In this document: one piece after another, positions 30,407 through 38,641 of the stretch | Numbering within the stretch: position 1 is the first letter of the stretch | Layout of the letters: each line of letters begins with the position of its first letter | IMG/VR virus record: IMGVR_UViG_3300009826_000018 | Span: 1-64,000 of that record | DNA length: 64,000 bases | From: an uncultured virus (IMG/VR IMGVR_UViG_3300009826_000018) | Lineage: Duplodnaviria; Heunggongvirae; Uroviricota; Caudoviricetes | Reading direction: 5' to 3' (one strand) | Position numbers and translations under genes: made by a program | The notes under the pieces: generated by a model | What the model was told of the DNA's origin: nothing | Databases searched by the model: none | The model's input: the letters and a program-made list of their open reading frames with translations, nothing else

Positions 30407-30802
30407 ATGAAAGAACAAGTATTTGAGAAACTTATCCCCTATTGTAGTGAGGATTTTATCACAATTCCGCTGTGGGAAGAGGGTGATTATCGTTGGCAAA
30501 TGAATTTGTGGTATATTGTTAGGTTTGATACAGAAACTTCTACCGAAACAACACTTCAAAAAATTGACGAACTAATGAATGTGGTAGCAATTACTGTTGC
30601 AGCAACATTTGATAATAAGTTCGATATTTACGTTGAACAACACGAAAACGTTGCAAGTGGTTATGTTTTATATGAACTTAATATAATGCAATTCTGTGAA
30701 GATATAACAGATGAAACTTTTGTGTTAAATCACAATATGGGAGATTATATTAATGTTGGGGTTGTACTTCTCGAAAATTTAGAAAGAGTAAAATGGGTGT
30801 AG
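30407..30802 (+). CDS. Hypothetical protein
   Basis: 131-aa ORF. Confidence 0.55.
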   Translation: MKEQVFEKLIPYCSEDFITIPLWEEGDYRWQMNLWYIVRFDTETSTETTLQKIDELMNVVAITVAATFDNKFDIYVEQHENVASGYVLYELNIMQFCEDITDETFVLNHNMGDYINVGVVLLENLERVKWV

Positions 30803-31482
30803 AATATAAAGACATTATTAAGAGTGTATCGGATAATCAATTTGAAATTCTGTACAATATTCAAAAATTATATCTTAATAGCGAAGATTACGAATGTGAT
30901 CCAACATATTCTAAAGGTGGATATTATGGTAAGGGTGGGGAATTTAATATAAACCCACCCAAACATAAGTTTGATGTTTTTCCAATTGCCGAAGGTGTGA
31001 TAGAAATTGAACCATTAGGTAAGTGGCCACTTGAAATTAATTCTTTAAAAAGCATTAATATTGATTTACCTTTTGTGTGTTCGGGGTCTGTGAAGGCTGA
31101 ACAGTTACAAGACCCACACTCTTGTATTATTGTTAAGAGATTTCAGGGATATTATCCTATTGACAACTTATTTAAAAGTTATCGTCATTTTCTTTACAAT
31201 GCTTTTAAGTATTTGCAACCGGGTGGGTTTTGTGTATTTAAAACACAGGAAACTATAAGTGGGCGGAAGAAATATATGACTCCATTTTGGAGTTGGAAAA
31301 TGGCGGAAGAATTGGGATTTTATACCATAGATAGTTTTATACTTACCGCAAAGTCGCGCTTAATCGGCGCAATTAAGAAACAAGAACACAGTAGATGCTT
31401 TCATAGTAATTTTTTGGTTTTTCAGAAACCTGACGGTAAGGCAACCACAAGACAAATTGACTATGATAAGTTATGCCGATAA
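30793..31482 (+). CDS. Putative DNA adenine methyltransferase (divergent)
   Basis: DPTYSKG (motif I-like), IDLPF in place of DPPF/Y, LQPGG..VFK.Q. Confidence 0.6.
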   Translation: MGVEYKDIIKSVSDNQFEILYNIQKLYLNSEDYECDPTYSKGGYYGKGGEFNINPPKHKFDVFPIAEGVIEIEPLGKWPLEINSLKSINIDLPFVCSGSVKAEQLQDPHSCIIVKRFQGYYPIDNLFKSYRHFLYNAFKYLQPGGFCVFKTQETISGRKKYMTPFWSWKMAEELGFYTIDSFILTAKSRLIGAIKKQEHSRCFHSNFLVFQKPDGKATTRQIDYDKLCR

Positions 31483-32321
31483 TTGTTACAGAAAGTGGGC
31501 GGAAAGAACGAGAACAAAAGTTCATAGAGCGAGCCAAATCTATTCATGGTGATAGATTTGACTATTCCAAAGTTTATTATATCAATAAAAACACAAAGGT
31601 ATGTATTTTATTAGGTAATAAAGAACTATGGCAAAGACCACACACCCACCTGAATTTCAAGGGTGTTAATAAAGGTTTAGAAAAGCGTTTTCAAAAGAAA
31701 ATGACCGCCGCCAACTATGCTAAATATAAAAAAAAATTAAAAGCAAAGAATAGGAAAAAGTATTGGTTTGAAACGGAAAAGAAAAAACCCGAATACCGTG
31801 AAAAACATAAAGAAAGAGAATTTAAAAGACAACGCTCTTATAAATGTATTTTCTGTGGTGAAAAATATCGGAAGAAAACAATGCAAAACTATATTGGACA
31901 GTTTTGTTCAAGAAAATGTTCCAATGCACAACGTAAAGAAAAGCGACTTGAAGAAAGATTAAAACTCAAATACGCAATTGTCTTAACCGAATTTAGAAAA
32001 AAGAAAAAAATAGTTGAGCAGTTTGTTTCTAAAGAAGACGCATTAAATCGAATGTGGGAAATCACGGAAGAAAGTAAAAAAGTGGTTTTACCACAGAAAT
32101 ACGTTTTCAAATACCGAAAACCTGTAAAACTAAATAATGAAGTTGTATTAATTGAACGTGGTGAAGACCTCACAATAGCACTAAAAGAAAGAAATGAGGT
32201 CGGAAAACTAATTAATGTGAAAGTTGAAACAAAAACAGAACACGATAGTTTTATTATTATTGACAAATCCCCATATCATACCGAACAAATGTTCAATATT
32301 TGGGCAACAATAATGAAGTAG
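31473..32321 (+). CDS. DNA-binding protein with endonuclease-associated N-terminal motif and Zn finger; probably frameshifted into 32300-32623
   Basis: FIERAKSIHGDRFDYSKVYY, CIFCG...FCSRKC; ends shortly after TTTGGG where the -1 frame continues. Confidence 0.55.
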   Translation: MPIIVTESGRKEREQKFIERAKSIHGDRFDYSKVYYINKNTKVCILLGNKELWQRPHTHLNFKGVNKGLEKRFQKKMTAANYAKYKKKLKAKNRKKYWFETEKKKPEYREKHKEREFKRQRSYKCIFCGEKYRKKTMQNYIGQFCSRKCSNAQRKEKRLEERLKLKYAIVLTEFRKKKKIVEQFVSKEDALNRMWEITEESKKVVLPQKYVFKYRKPVKLNNEVVLIERGEDLTIALKERNEVGKLINVKVETKTEHDSFIIIDKSPYHTEQMFNIWATIMK

Positions 32322-32623
32322 ATATAACTTATATTCTGAATAATATTTTACTTTCAGATAATGAAGTTAAGAATATTATGATATATAAGACAAATCTTAT
32401 TATCAAAATCAACGATAATATTGAACTAATATTTTCAAAACATCAAGAAATTATTATAGATTTATATAACTTCCTTCAAAAGTATACCAAGAATAATAAA
32501 ATCAAATATTTTATGTTTATGGGTATGGTAGATGGTAGTCCGTTTTTAATGAATTATTACGATACTAAAATAAAAGAAAAGTTTGAATATGTTAACAGAC
32601 AAGAAAGTACAACAAGTAATTAA
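32300..32623 (+). CDS. Probable C-terminal portion of the 31473 gene (-1 frame)
   Basis: Only a TTG start inside the upstream gene, with no A-rich leader. Confidence 0.45.
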   Translation: MGNNNEVDITYILNNILLSDNEVKNIMIYKTNLIIKINDNIELIFSKHQEIIIDLYNFLQKYTKNNKIKYFMFMGMVDGSPFLMNYYDTKIKEKFEYVNRQESTTSN

Positions 32624-32927
32624 AAGATTTCGTATTGTTATACGAAATAACCAAAAAGTCGCTAATATAGAAGACGTGCATCCAAATGATATTTTTGAAA
32701 AATATTCCAATAACATTGTTTTATCGCAAGACGGTTCAACGGAATACATTATTCAAAGAATGGATAAGAAATGGTTCTTTTGGGAAGAGTGGTATGACAT
32801 TGATAGAACATGTAGTTCACTTGATGCGGCAATAAAAACTTTTTGGAAGAGGGTTAATAGTATGTTATCTCAACAAGAAAGTATGTGTGTAGATAAAGTT
32901 AGTGGATATACCAAAAAATTTATATAA
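32589..32927 (+). CDS. Hypothetical protein
   Basis: About 112-aa ORF. Confidence 0.5.
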   Translation: MLTDKKVQQVIKRFRIVIRNNQKVANIEDVHPNDIFEKYSNNIVLSQDGSTEYIIQRMDKKWFFWEEWYDIDRTCSSLDAAIKTFWKRVNSMLSQQESMCVDKVSGYTKKFI

Positions 32928-32930
32928 GAT

Positions 32931-33185
32931 ATGAACAAATATGTTGAACTTTTTGAACAAGACCTCAAAAATGGGGATGATACTGTTGGAAAAATAGGAA
33001 TTTTTTTATACAGTGGTGCTGATGGTAATCCGACACCGATTATTAATGACGCTGTTTACAAATACGTTGAAACGAATTTTTACAATGAGTTTGTGGAGAT
33101 TGAACTTAACAACCCCTATGTAAGGGTGGTTATTAGTGAAATACCAAAATTACCTTTTAAACCATTTACAGACCAACGATTATGA
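32931..33185 (+). CDS. Hypothetical protein
   Basis: 84-aa ORF. Confidence 0.5.
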   Translation: MNKYVELFEQDLKNGDDTVGKIGIFLYSGADGNPTPIINDAVYKYVETNFYNEFVEIELNNPYVRVVISEIPKLPFKPFTDQRL

Positions 33186-33364
33186 TTTTAGATGGAAGAA
33201 AATTAATGGATATAAGTTTTAAACTATTGGAAATAAAAATGGATCAATTACGTGAAGAACGTGATAAAGCAAATTCCGAAGTTGAAAGACAAAATGAAAT
33301 TATACGTAATCAACAAGACACAATTAATAGATTAGTAGAAAAATTTATAGAAAAGTTAAAATGA
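33182..33364 (+). CDS. Small coiled-coil protein
   Basis: 60 aa, ATGA overlap. Confidence 0.5.
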   Translation: MILDGRKLMDISFKLLEIKMDQLREERDKANSEVERQNEIIRNQQDTINRLVEKFIEKLK

Positions 33365-33626
33365 TTATCCGCAATTATACCCTTTCGATGAATAATCATT
33401 AGATAAAAAGAAGAAGATGAAAATTAAAAAATGTGAAGTATGTCTATATAACAGGCGGGGTCAGTGTTTTCACACTTTTGAATTTGGTGGACACGGCGAA
33501 AGAGCGAAATCATTCAGAAGTACCATAAAAAAAGGTGATACCGAATGTTTAGGTTATGTGTTCAAATATGAAGAAAATTTGATTTTACCCAAAGGGGGTA
33601 TAATTGCGGATAATCATTAAAAGTTA
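33351..33626. mobile_element. MITE-like/invertible cassette: 23-bp terminal inverted repeats flanked by AAAAGTTA direct repeats
   Basis: AATGATTATCCGCAATTATACCC (33360-33382) is the exact reverse complement of 33596-33618; AAAAGTTA at 33351-33358 and 33619-33626. Confidence 0.55.
33417..33620 (+). CDS. Small Cys-rich protein inside the inverted-repeat cassette
   Basis: CEVC...C...C, 67 aa. Confidence 0.5.
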   Translation: MKIKKCEVCLYNRRGQCFHTFEFGGHGERAKSFRSTIKKGDTECLGYVFKYEENLILPKGGIIADNH

Positions 33627-34157
33627 TAGTGTGCATTGACTTCTTGAACGCACCATATCCAAAACTTTTTTGGGATTTTTCTTTATATCCTCTTCGTAAA
33701 TTTGCATTAACACAAAACCATTTTGGTTTGCCCACGTTAGTTTTTGTTCGTCAATCTTAATTTGTCTTTTTTGATTGTTATATTTGAGGTTGTTGTGATC
33801 ATAAAATCGTGGGTCGGCGTGATAAAACGTACCTTGTATTTCGATTAAATAATCTATCATACCACCGTCTATTGTGAGAATAGCAAAATCATAAACCCTT
33901 TTGGTTGGTGCGACCCATTGGTATATGTATTTTATACCCAACTTATCAAGAAACTGTTCTCGAAACAATACCTCTAAATTTGAAGTTGTAGGATAATTAT
34001 TTTCTTTAAATCCCTTTTCCTTTCTTTTTAAAACAGGTAATTTCTTGAACACCCAAAACTTAATATCATTTTTGATAGGTTGAATATGTTGCTTCACCTT
34101 CTTTTTATCGGGTTTCTCTATTGGTAGAACTTGTTTATTTTTTGTTGGTTGACGCAT
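33624..34157 (-). CDS. Vsr/DUF559-like PD-(D/E)XK endonuclease
   Basis: TSNLE, YDF, IEIQGTFYHAD, D..K...A..NG...MQIYEEDI; ATG 34157 preferred; late motif at 34276-34284. Confidence 0.75.
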   Translation of the reverse strand: MRQPTKNKQVLPIEKPDKKKVKQHIQPIKNDIKFWVFKKLPVLKRKEKGFKENNYPTTSNLEVLFREQFLDKLGIKYIYQWVAPTKRVYDFAILTIDGGMIDYLIEIQGTFYHADPRFYDHNNLKYNNQKRQIKIDEQKLTWANQNGFVLMQIYEEDIKKNPKKVLDMVRSRSQCTL

Positions 34158-34323
34158 TATATTATAGAAACTATATAAACCATAACAGACAGAATAAATA
34201 TAAACAAAAGCGACGCTGCCGAAAGTGCCACACATCTTATTACCTTTTCCCCATCCATACTACAAAAACTTTTTTTATAAATAGATAGTATGTATATTTA
34301 ATGAAACGATTAAATATAAAGCA

Positions 34324-34458
34324 ATGCAGACAAAATATTCGGTATGTAACGGATGTGGTAAAGTACGACACATAGTTAATCACTCTAAAATGTTGTGTAA
34401 TAATTGTAATGAGGAAAGAAAATGGGTAACACCAATAATAAGTAAAATAAAAAACTAA
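34324..34458 (+). CDS. 44-aa Zn-ribbon peptide (not in ORF track)
   Basis: MQTKYSVCNGCGKVRHIVNHSKMLCNNCNEERK... Confidence 0.5.
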   Translation: MQTKYSVCNGCGKVRHIVNHSKMLCNNCNEERKWVTPIISKIKN

Positions 34459-34464
34459 TAAATC

Positions 34465-35277
34465 ATGAATCAAGTAAAAGAAGAATTAAAAGATGATGTA
34501 AAAACCGAAATAAAAAGGTTTGTATATGACCACAGAGAAATCTGTGAGGGATTACCGATAGAAGATATTATGTCTATGTGTTTTTTGGGTGGTATGAAAA
34601 CCGCCACAAATAAAATAGAAAAAATGGAAAAAGATTTTTTGAAAGTTTTCAAACAAGGTGGTGAAAAACCCAAAAAGAGTTTGAAAGATATTAACATTCT
34701 TATTGTGGATGATAACCTCATCAACCAAAGAATTATTCTTTTAAGTCTTCAAAAAATAGTTGGTAGTATCCACGTAGCAAATGACGGAAGAGAATGTATT
34801 AAAAAATTTCAAGACTTTGCCGCTTGGGGACAATTCTTTGACGTTATATTAATGGATATTACAATGCCCCATTGGAACGGTTATGAAACAACACAAAGAA
34901 TTAGAGCAATTGAATCACACTCCGGTTATAAACCCACCCCCATTATCGGTTTAAGTACAAACGAAAACAATAAGGTAGATGGGTTGGAAAGTTGTCTTAA
35001 CGCAGGAATGAATGATTTCATTTGTAAACCATTTCAAGTTGATAGGTTGGTTGAAAAAATAGTAAATTTAACAATAAAACCTGAAACCCCACAAGAAGAA
35101 CGGGAAGAAGAAATAAAAATGTGTCCGAAATGGGAATTGGAAAGAGAAATGATTATTGATAGAATCAATTATCTCAAAAAAGAAAATGATTTTCTTCAAA
35201 AGCGTTTTGATTACAATATGACCCAAATAAAGGGGTATCAAAATTTTATTATGGATAGTGAAGAATTTCCTTGGTAA
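34465..35277 (+). CDS. Protein with CheY-like response-regulator receiver domain
   Basis: ILIVDDN, DVILMD (phospho-Asp), MP..NGYE.T..IR, PIIGLS, AGMNDFICKP. Confidence 0.88.
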   Translation: MNQVKEELKDDVKTEIKRFVYDHREICEGLPIEDIMSMCFLGGMKTATNKIEKMEKDFLKVFKQGGEKPKKSLKDINILIVDDNLINQRIILLSLQKIVGSIHVANDGRECIKKFQDFAAWGQFFDVILMDITMPHWNGYETTQRIRAIESHSGYKPTPIIGLSTNENNKVDGLESCLNAGMNDFICKPFQVDRLVEKIVNLTIKPETPQEEREEEIKMCPKWELEREMIIDRINYLKKENDFLQKRFDYNMTQIKGYQNFIMDSEEFPW

Positions 35278-35311
35278 TATTATTCTGAATATGATTTTAA
35301 ATTTTTATAGT

Positions 35312-35339
35312 AAACCCACTAACTTTTTAGTGGGTTTTT
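35312..35339 (+). terminator. Rho-independent terminator
   Basis: AAACCCACTA-loop-TAGTGGGTTT then T-run. Confidence 0.8.
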
Positions 35340-35347
35340 GTTTCCAC

Positions 35348-35369
35348 AGGATCGGATAAATATGTAATT
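35348..35369 (+). promoter_or_regulatory. AGGATCGGA...TGTAAT motif (copy 3), upstream of NAD operon
   Basis: AGGATCGGATAAATATGTAATT just after the terminator. Confidence 0.6.
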
Positions 35370-35405
35370 TTTTTATTAAACGTTAAACCAAAAAAAAATA
35401 ACAAA

Positions 35406-36236
35406 ATGATTTTAGTAAATGGTAAAAAGGTAGAAATCGAAGTCTTTCCCAATAAGGAAAGTAAAATTAAAGACTTCATTATTGGCGACAACAATGTCGT
35501 TGATTTTTATTATGAAGATGATAAAGATTTTGTTCACTTGGCGTTTGTGAAGTGGGATATTGATAACAACACAATCACAAGCGAAAATACATTAAGAGTA
35601 ATGTATATGCCATACAGTCGTATGGATAGAAAAATGGCATCAAACGATGTTCATTCGTTGCCGTATGCGTGTAAACTCATAAACAATCTGAAATTTGATA
35701 AAGTGATTGTGCTTGAACCACACTCACAAGAATCAATTAGGTTGTTAAAAAACGCTACTGCAAAATATCCTGTTTTAGAATGGGTTGATAGAATTGTTGA
35801 AGAAACAAATTTTGACAAAAAGACAGATTGTATTGTTTTTCCTGATTATGGTGCAATAGATCGTTATAAAGCGGAAAGGATAACAAAAGAGTTCAATTAT
35901 GTTTTCTTCAAGAAAAAACGAGATGAGGCAACAGGGTGGATAACGGATATGGAACTTGAAGAAGTATTACCAAATGGGTGTAAGAGAGCAATCATAATTG
36001 ACGATTTATGTAGTTTCGGTGGAACATTTTTCAAAGCAGGAATTATTCTTCGAGGATTGGGTGTAGAAGATGTTACCTTGGTTGTAACCCACCTTGAAAA
36101 TTCTGTATTTCAAGGAAAATTGTTAGAAAAAGGTGTTTCCCCGATAAATCGAATATACACAAGTAACTCTGTTATCAGAGATAAAATTTGTGATTTCATT
36201 GAAAGAATTAATGTTTTACCCATAAATTTTGAATAA
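35406..36236 (+). CDS. Ribose-phosphate pyrophosphokinase-like (PRS fold; candidate ADPR-PP synthase, Adps-like)
   Basis: FPNKE, MPYSRMDR, EPHS, FPDYGA, KKRD..TG, IIIDDLCSFGGTF, VTH. Confidence 0.85.
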   Translation: MILVNGKKVEIEVFPNKESKIKDFIIGDNNVVDFYYEDDKDFVHLAFVKWDIDNNTITSENTLRVMYMPYSRMDRKMASNDVHSLPYACKLINNLKFDKVIVLEPHSQESIRLLKNATAKYPVLEWVDRIVEETNFDKKTDCIVFPDYGAIDRYKAERITKEFNYVFFKKKRDEATGWITDMELEEVLPNGCKRAIIIDDLCSFGGTFFKAGIILRGLGVEDVTLVVTHLENSVFQGKLLEKGVSPINRIYTSNSVIRDKICDFIERINVLPINFE

Positions 36237-36237
36237 T

Positions 36238-37818
36238 ATGTTTGAATTTGAAAAATTAGACAAAAACCCTATTTTGTGGACAGACGGATATAAGGTGTGT
36301 CACAAAGATCAATATCCTGCGGGGTTGTCGTGGGTGTACCAAACATGGACACCAAGAAAATCAAGGGTTCCCGGTGTTAATCACGTTTGTTTCTTCGGAT
36401 TACAAGGTGCGTTAGGTGAAATGACACAATCATTCAAGGAAAACTTTTTTGAAAGAGATGTGGAATTTGTTGTTAAATCCTATGAGGAAGAAATCAAAAA
36501 CATTTTTTGGGAAACAAATCGTCATTTTGTGGATAACCACAAATCTACCCACATAAGGGAACTTCATAAGTTGGGATATTTACCTATCAGGGTTAAAGCA
36601 CTACCCGAAGGGGCGTTTGTACCAATTGGTTGCCCAATGTTTACCATTGAAAATACATTACCGAATTTTTATTGGTTGCCCGGTTATTTAGAAACTCAAT
36701 TATCTGCGTATATTTGGCAGCCAATGACAGCGGCAACCACAGCAGATTTTTACCGCCGAATATTAAGCCACTATGCTGCGCTAACAACCGATGATATTAG
36801 CAGAGTATTTTTTCAAGCGGGGGATTTCTCAATGCGTGGTATGCCAAGCCCGGAAGTTGGATACAGAACAGGTGCAGGACACTTAACAAGTTTTGGTGTG
36901 TCAGCAACGATTTCAGCAAGAAAATATTTGAGAACGTTTTATGATGCGGATTATGATGTAATGCGATACACACCTTCAACCGAACACTCTGTTATGTGTA
37001 GTTACGGTGAAAAGGAAATTGAAGCATTTCGTCATTTGATTACCGTGGTTCATCCAAGCGGAAACCTATCTATTGTTTCAGACACTTATGATTTTTGGAA
37101 CATTGTGGATGTAGTTCTTCCCGCATTGAAAAAGGAAATAATGAACCGTCATGGTAAAATATTAATTCGCCCCGACAGCGGAGAACCGGTTGATATTATT
37201 TGTGGTAAAGTGGTTTATATGGTAGATGATAAAGGAAATAAATGTAAAGCACAACCTGAGTCTGAATCTATTGAAAAGGGTTTAGTAGAACGTTTGTGGG
37301 AAATTTTTGGTGGTATCGTCAACCACAAAGGTTTTAGAGAACTTGATCCACACATAGGGGTTGTTTATGGTGATTCCATTACCCCCGATAGAGCAATAAG
37401 AATTTGTAAGGGTTTAATGTCCAAAGGTTTTGCAACAATTAATGCGATTTTGGGTATTGGTAGTTTCACTTATCAATACAACACAAGGGATACGTTTGGT
37501 TTTGCTCTAAAAGGTACTGCCGAAATAGAATATGAAACCTTCAAAATGATTTTCAAAAACCCAAAAACTGATAACGACAACTTCAAAAAATCCCAAAAGG
37601 GTATGGTCGCTGTTATTTGGAATAACATTAAAGAAGATTGGGAAATGAAAGATTGTTTAACACCGGAAGATGTTGAGGTTATGGGTGAAACCAATTGCTT
37701 ACGTGATTTCTACATTGACGGTAAATTTGTTTACATTAATAAGTTTGATGCAATCAGAGATCGTATTAAATATGAGTCGAATAGAATTTATAAATCTAAA
37801 CCCGAATTATACCAATGA
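36238..37818 (+). CDS. NAMPT/NadV-fold pyridine transferase (Namat-like; probably nicotinate-specific)
   Basis: TDGYKVCH..QYP, DFSMRG, GAGHLTSF, TEHSVM, SIVSDTYD, IRPDSG, YGDSIT, GIGS, RDTFGFA.K, KKSQKG. Confidence 0.88.
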   Translation: MFEFEKLDKNPILWTDGYKVCHKDQYPAGLSWVYQTWTPRKSRVPGVNHVCFFGLQGALGEMTQSFKENFFERDVEFVVKSYEEEIKNIFWETNRHFVDNHKSTHIRELHKLGYLPIRVKALPEGAFVPIGCPMFTIENTLPNFYWLPGYLETQLSAYIWQPMTAATTADFYRRILSHYAALTTDDISRVFFQAGDFSMRGMPSPEVGYRTGAGHLTSFGVSATISARKYLRTFYDADYDVMRYTPSTEHSVMCSYGEKEIEAFRHLITVVHPSGNLSIVSDTYDFWNIVDVVLPALKKEIMNRHGKILIRPDSGEPVDIICGKVVYMVDDKGNKCKAQPESESIEKGLVERLWEIFGGIVNHKGFRELDPHIGVVYGDSITPDRAIRICKGLMSKGFATINAILGIGSFTYQYNTRDTFGFALKGTAEIEYETFKMIFKNPKTDNDNFKKSQKGMVAVIWNNIKEDWEMKDCLTPEDVEVMGETNCLRDFYIDGKFVYINKFDAIRDRIKYESNRIYKSKPELYQ

Positions 37819-38630
37819 AACACTCAAATTTTTTTATAACAGACGAAAACGTTAGTCAGTATATCCACGCCATAGGATTGTGGTTAAAAAAGAAAGTGGG
37901 TAAAAAGGGGGTTGTACTTGGAATGAGTGGTGGTATTGATTGTGCTGTCGTTGCTCGATTATGTCAAACAGCGGGGGTTGATTGTCACTTAATAATGTTA
38001 CCCTGTGGTTACGCTATGGTAAGTGATAAAAGTTATGATCATGCAAAGGAATTGATAAATCAATTTGAGTTTCGTTGGCACGAGTGGGATATTACAAATA
38101 CATTTAACACCCTTTGTTATATACCTGACGGTGATGAAAGAGAGTTATCTGACAAAGAACGGTTAGTGTATGCAAACACAAAAGCGCGTATCCGAATGAC
38201 ATATCTTTATCAATGGGCACAATTGAATGGTCGTTTGGTAATAGGCACAAGTAACCTATCAGAAAGATATGTTGGGTATTGCACCAAGTGGGGTGATATG
38301 GGTAGTGACCTAAACCCATTAGGAAATTTAACCAAGCGGGAAGTTTATATACTTGCCAAATGGTTGGAAGTACCTGATTGTATTATCAACAAACCACCTT
38401 CTGCTGGTTTGTGGGTAGGACAAACCGACGAAGAAGAATTGGGATTCACTTATGAACAACTTGATGATTTCATTATGAATGGTAGTTCGGGTTGCCAAAG
38501 AGTTGATGACGCTATTTTGACAAGAAATGAAATGGCTCAACATAAAATACACCCCATACCACTATTTGGACCAAATGGATTTGAATACGAAGATTATTGT
38601 AAAACAAATAACGGATTGTTAAACCCTTAA
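37815..38630 (+). CDS. nadE: NH3-dependent NAD+ synthetase
   Basis: GMSGGIDCAV, N.KARIRM, GTSN.SE..VGY.TKWGD, KPPSAGLW.GQTDEEELG. Confidence 0.93.
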   Translation: MKHSNFFITDENVSQYIHAIGLWLKKKVGKKGVVLGMSGGIDCAVVARLCQTAGVDCHLIMLPCGYAMVSDKSYDHAKELINQFEFRWHEWDITNTFNTLCYIPDGDERELSDKERLVYANTKARIRMTYLYQWAQLNGRLVIGTSNLSERYVGYCTKWGDMGSDLNPLGNLTKREVYILAKWLEVPDCIINKPPSAGLWVGQTDEEELGFTYEQLDDFIMNGSSGCQRVDDAILTRNEMAQHKIHPIPLFGPNGFEYEDYCKTNNGLLNP

Positions 38631-38641
38631 ATTTTAATAAA

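Noticed and set aside
34158..34275. GC-rich patch (GCGACGCTGCCGAAAGTGCC) in the leader of the Vsr-like gene as ribozyme or riboswitch
   Set aside because: No convincing helix set or catalytic core consensus could be built by eye.
35406..37818. Calling the NAD genes canonical NARP2 or plain NadV salvage
   Set aside because: No NMN adenylyltransferase is present, and pncA, nadE and the missing Asp219 equivalent are inconsistent with an amidated route.
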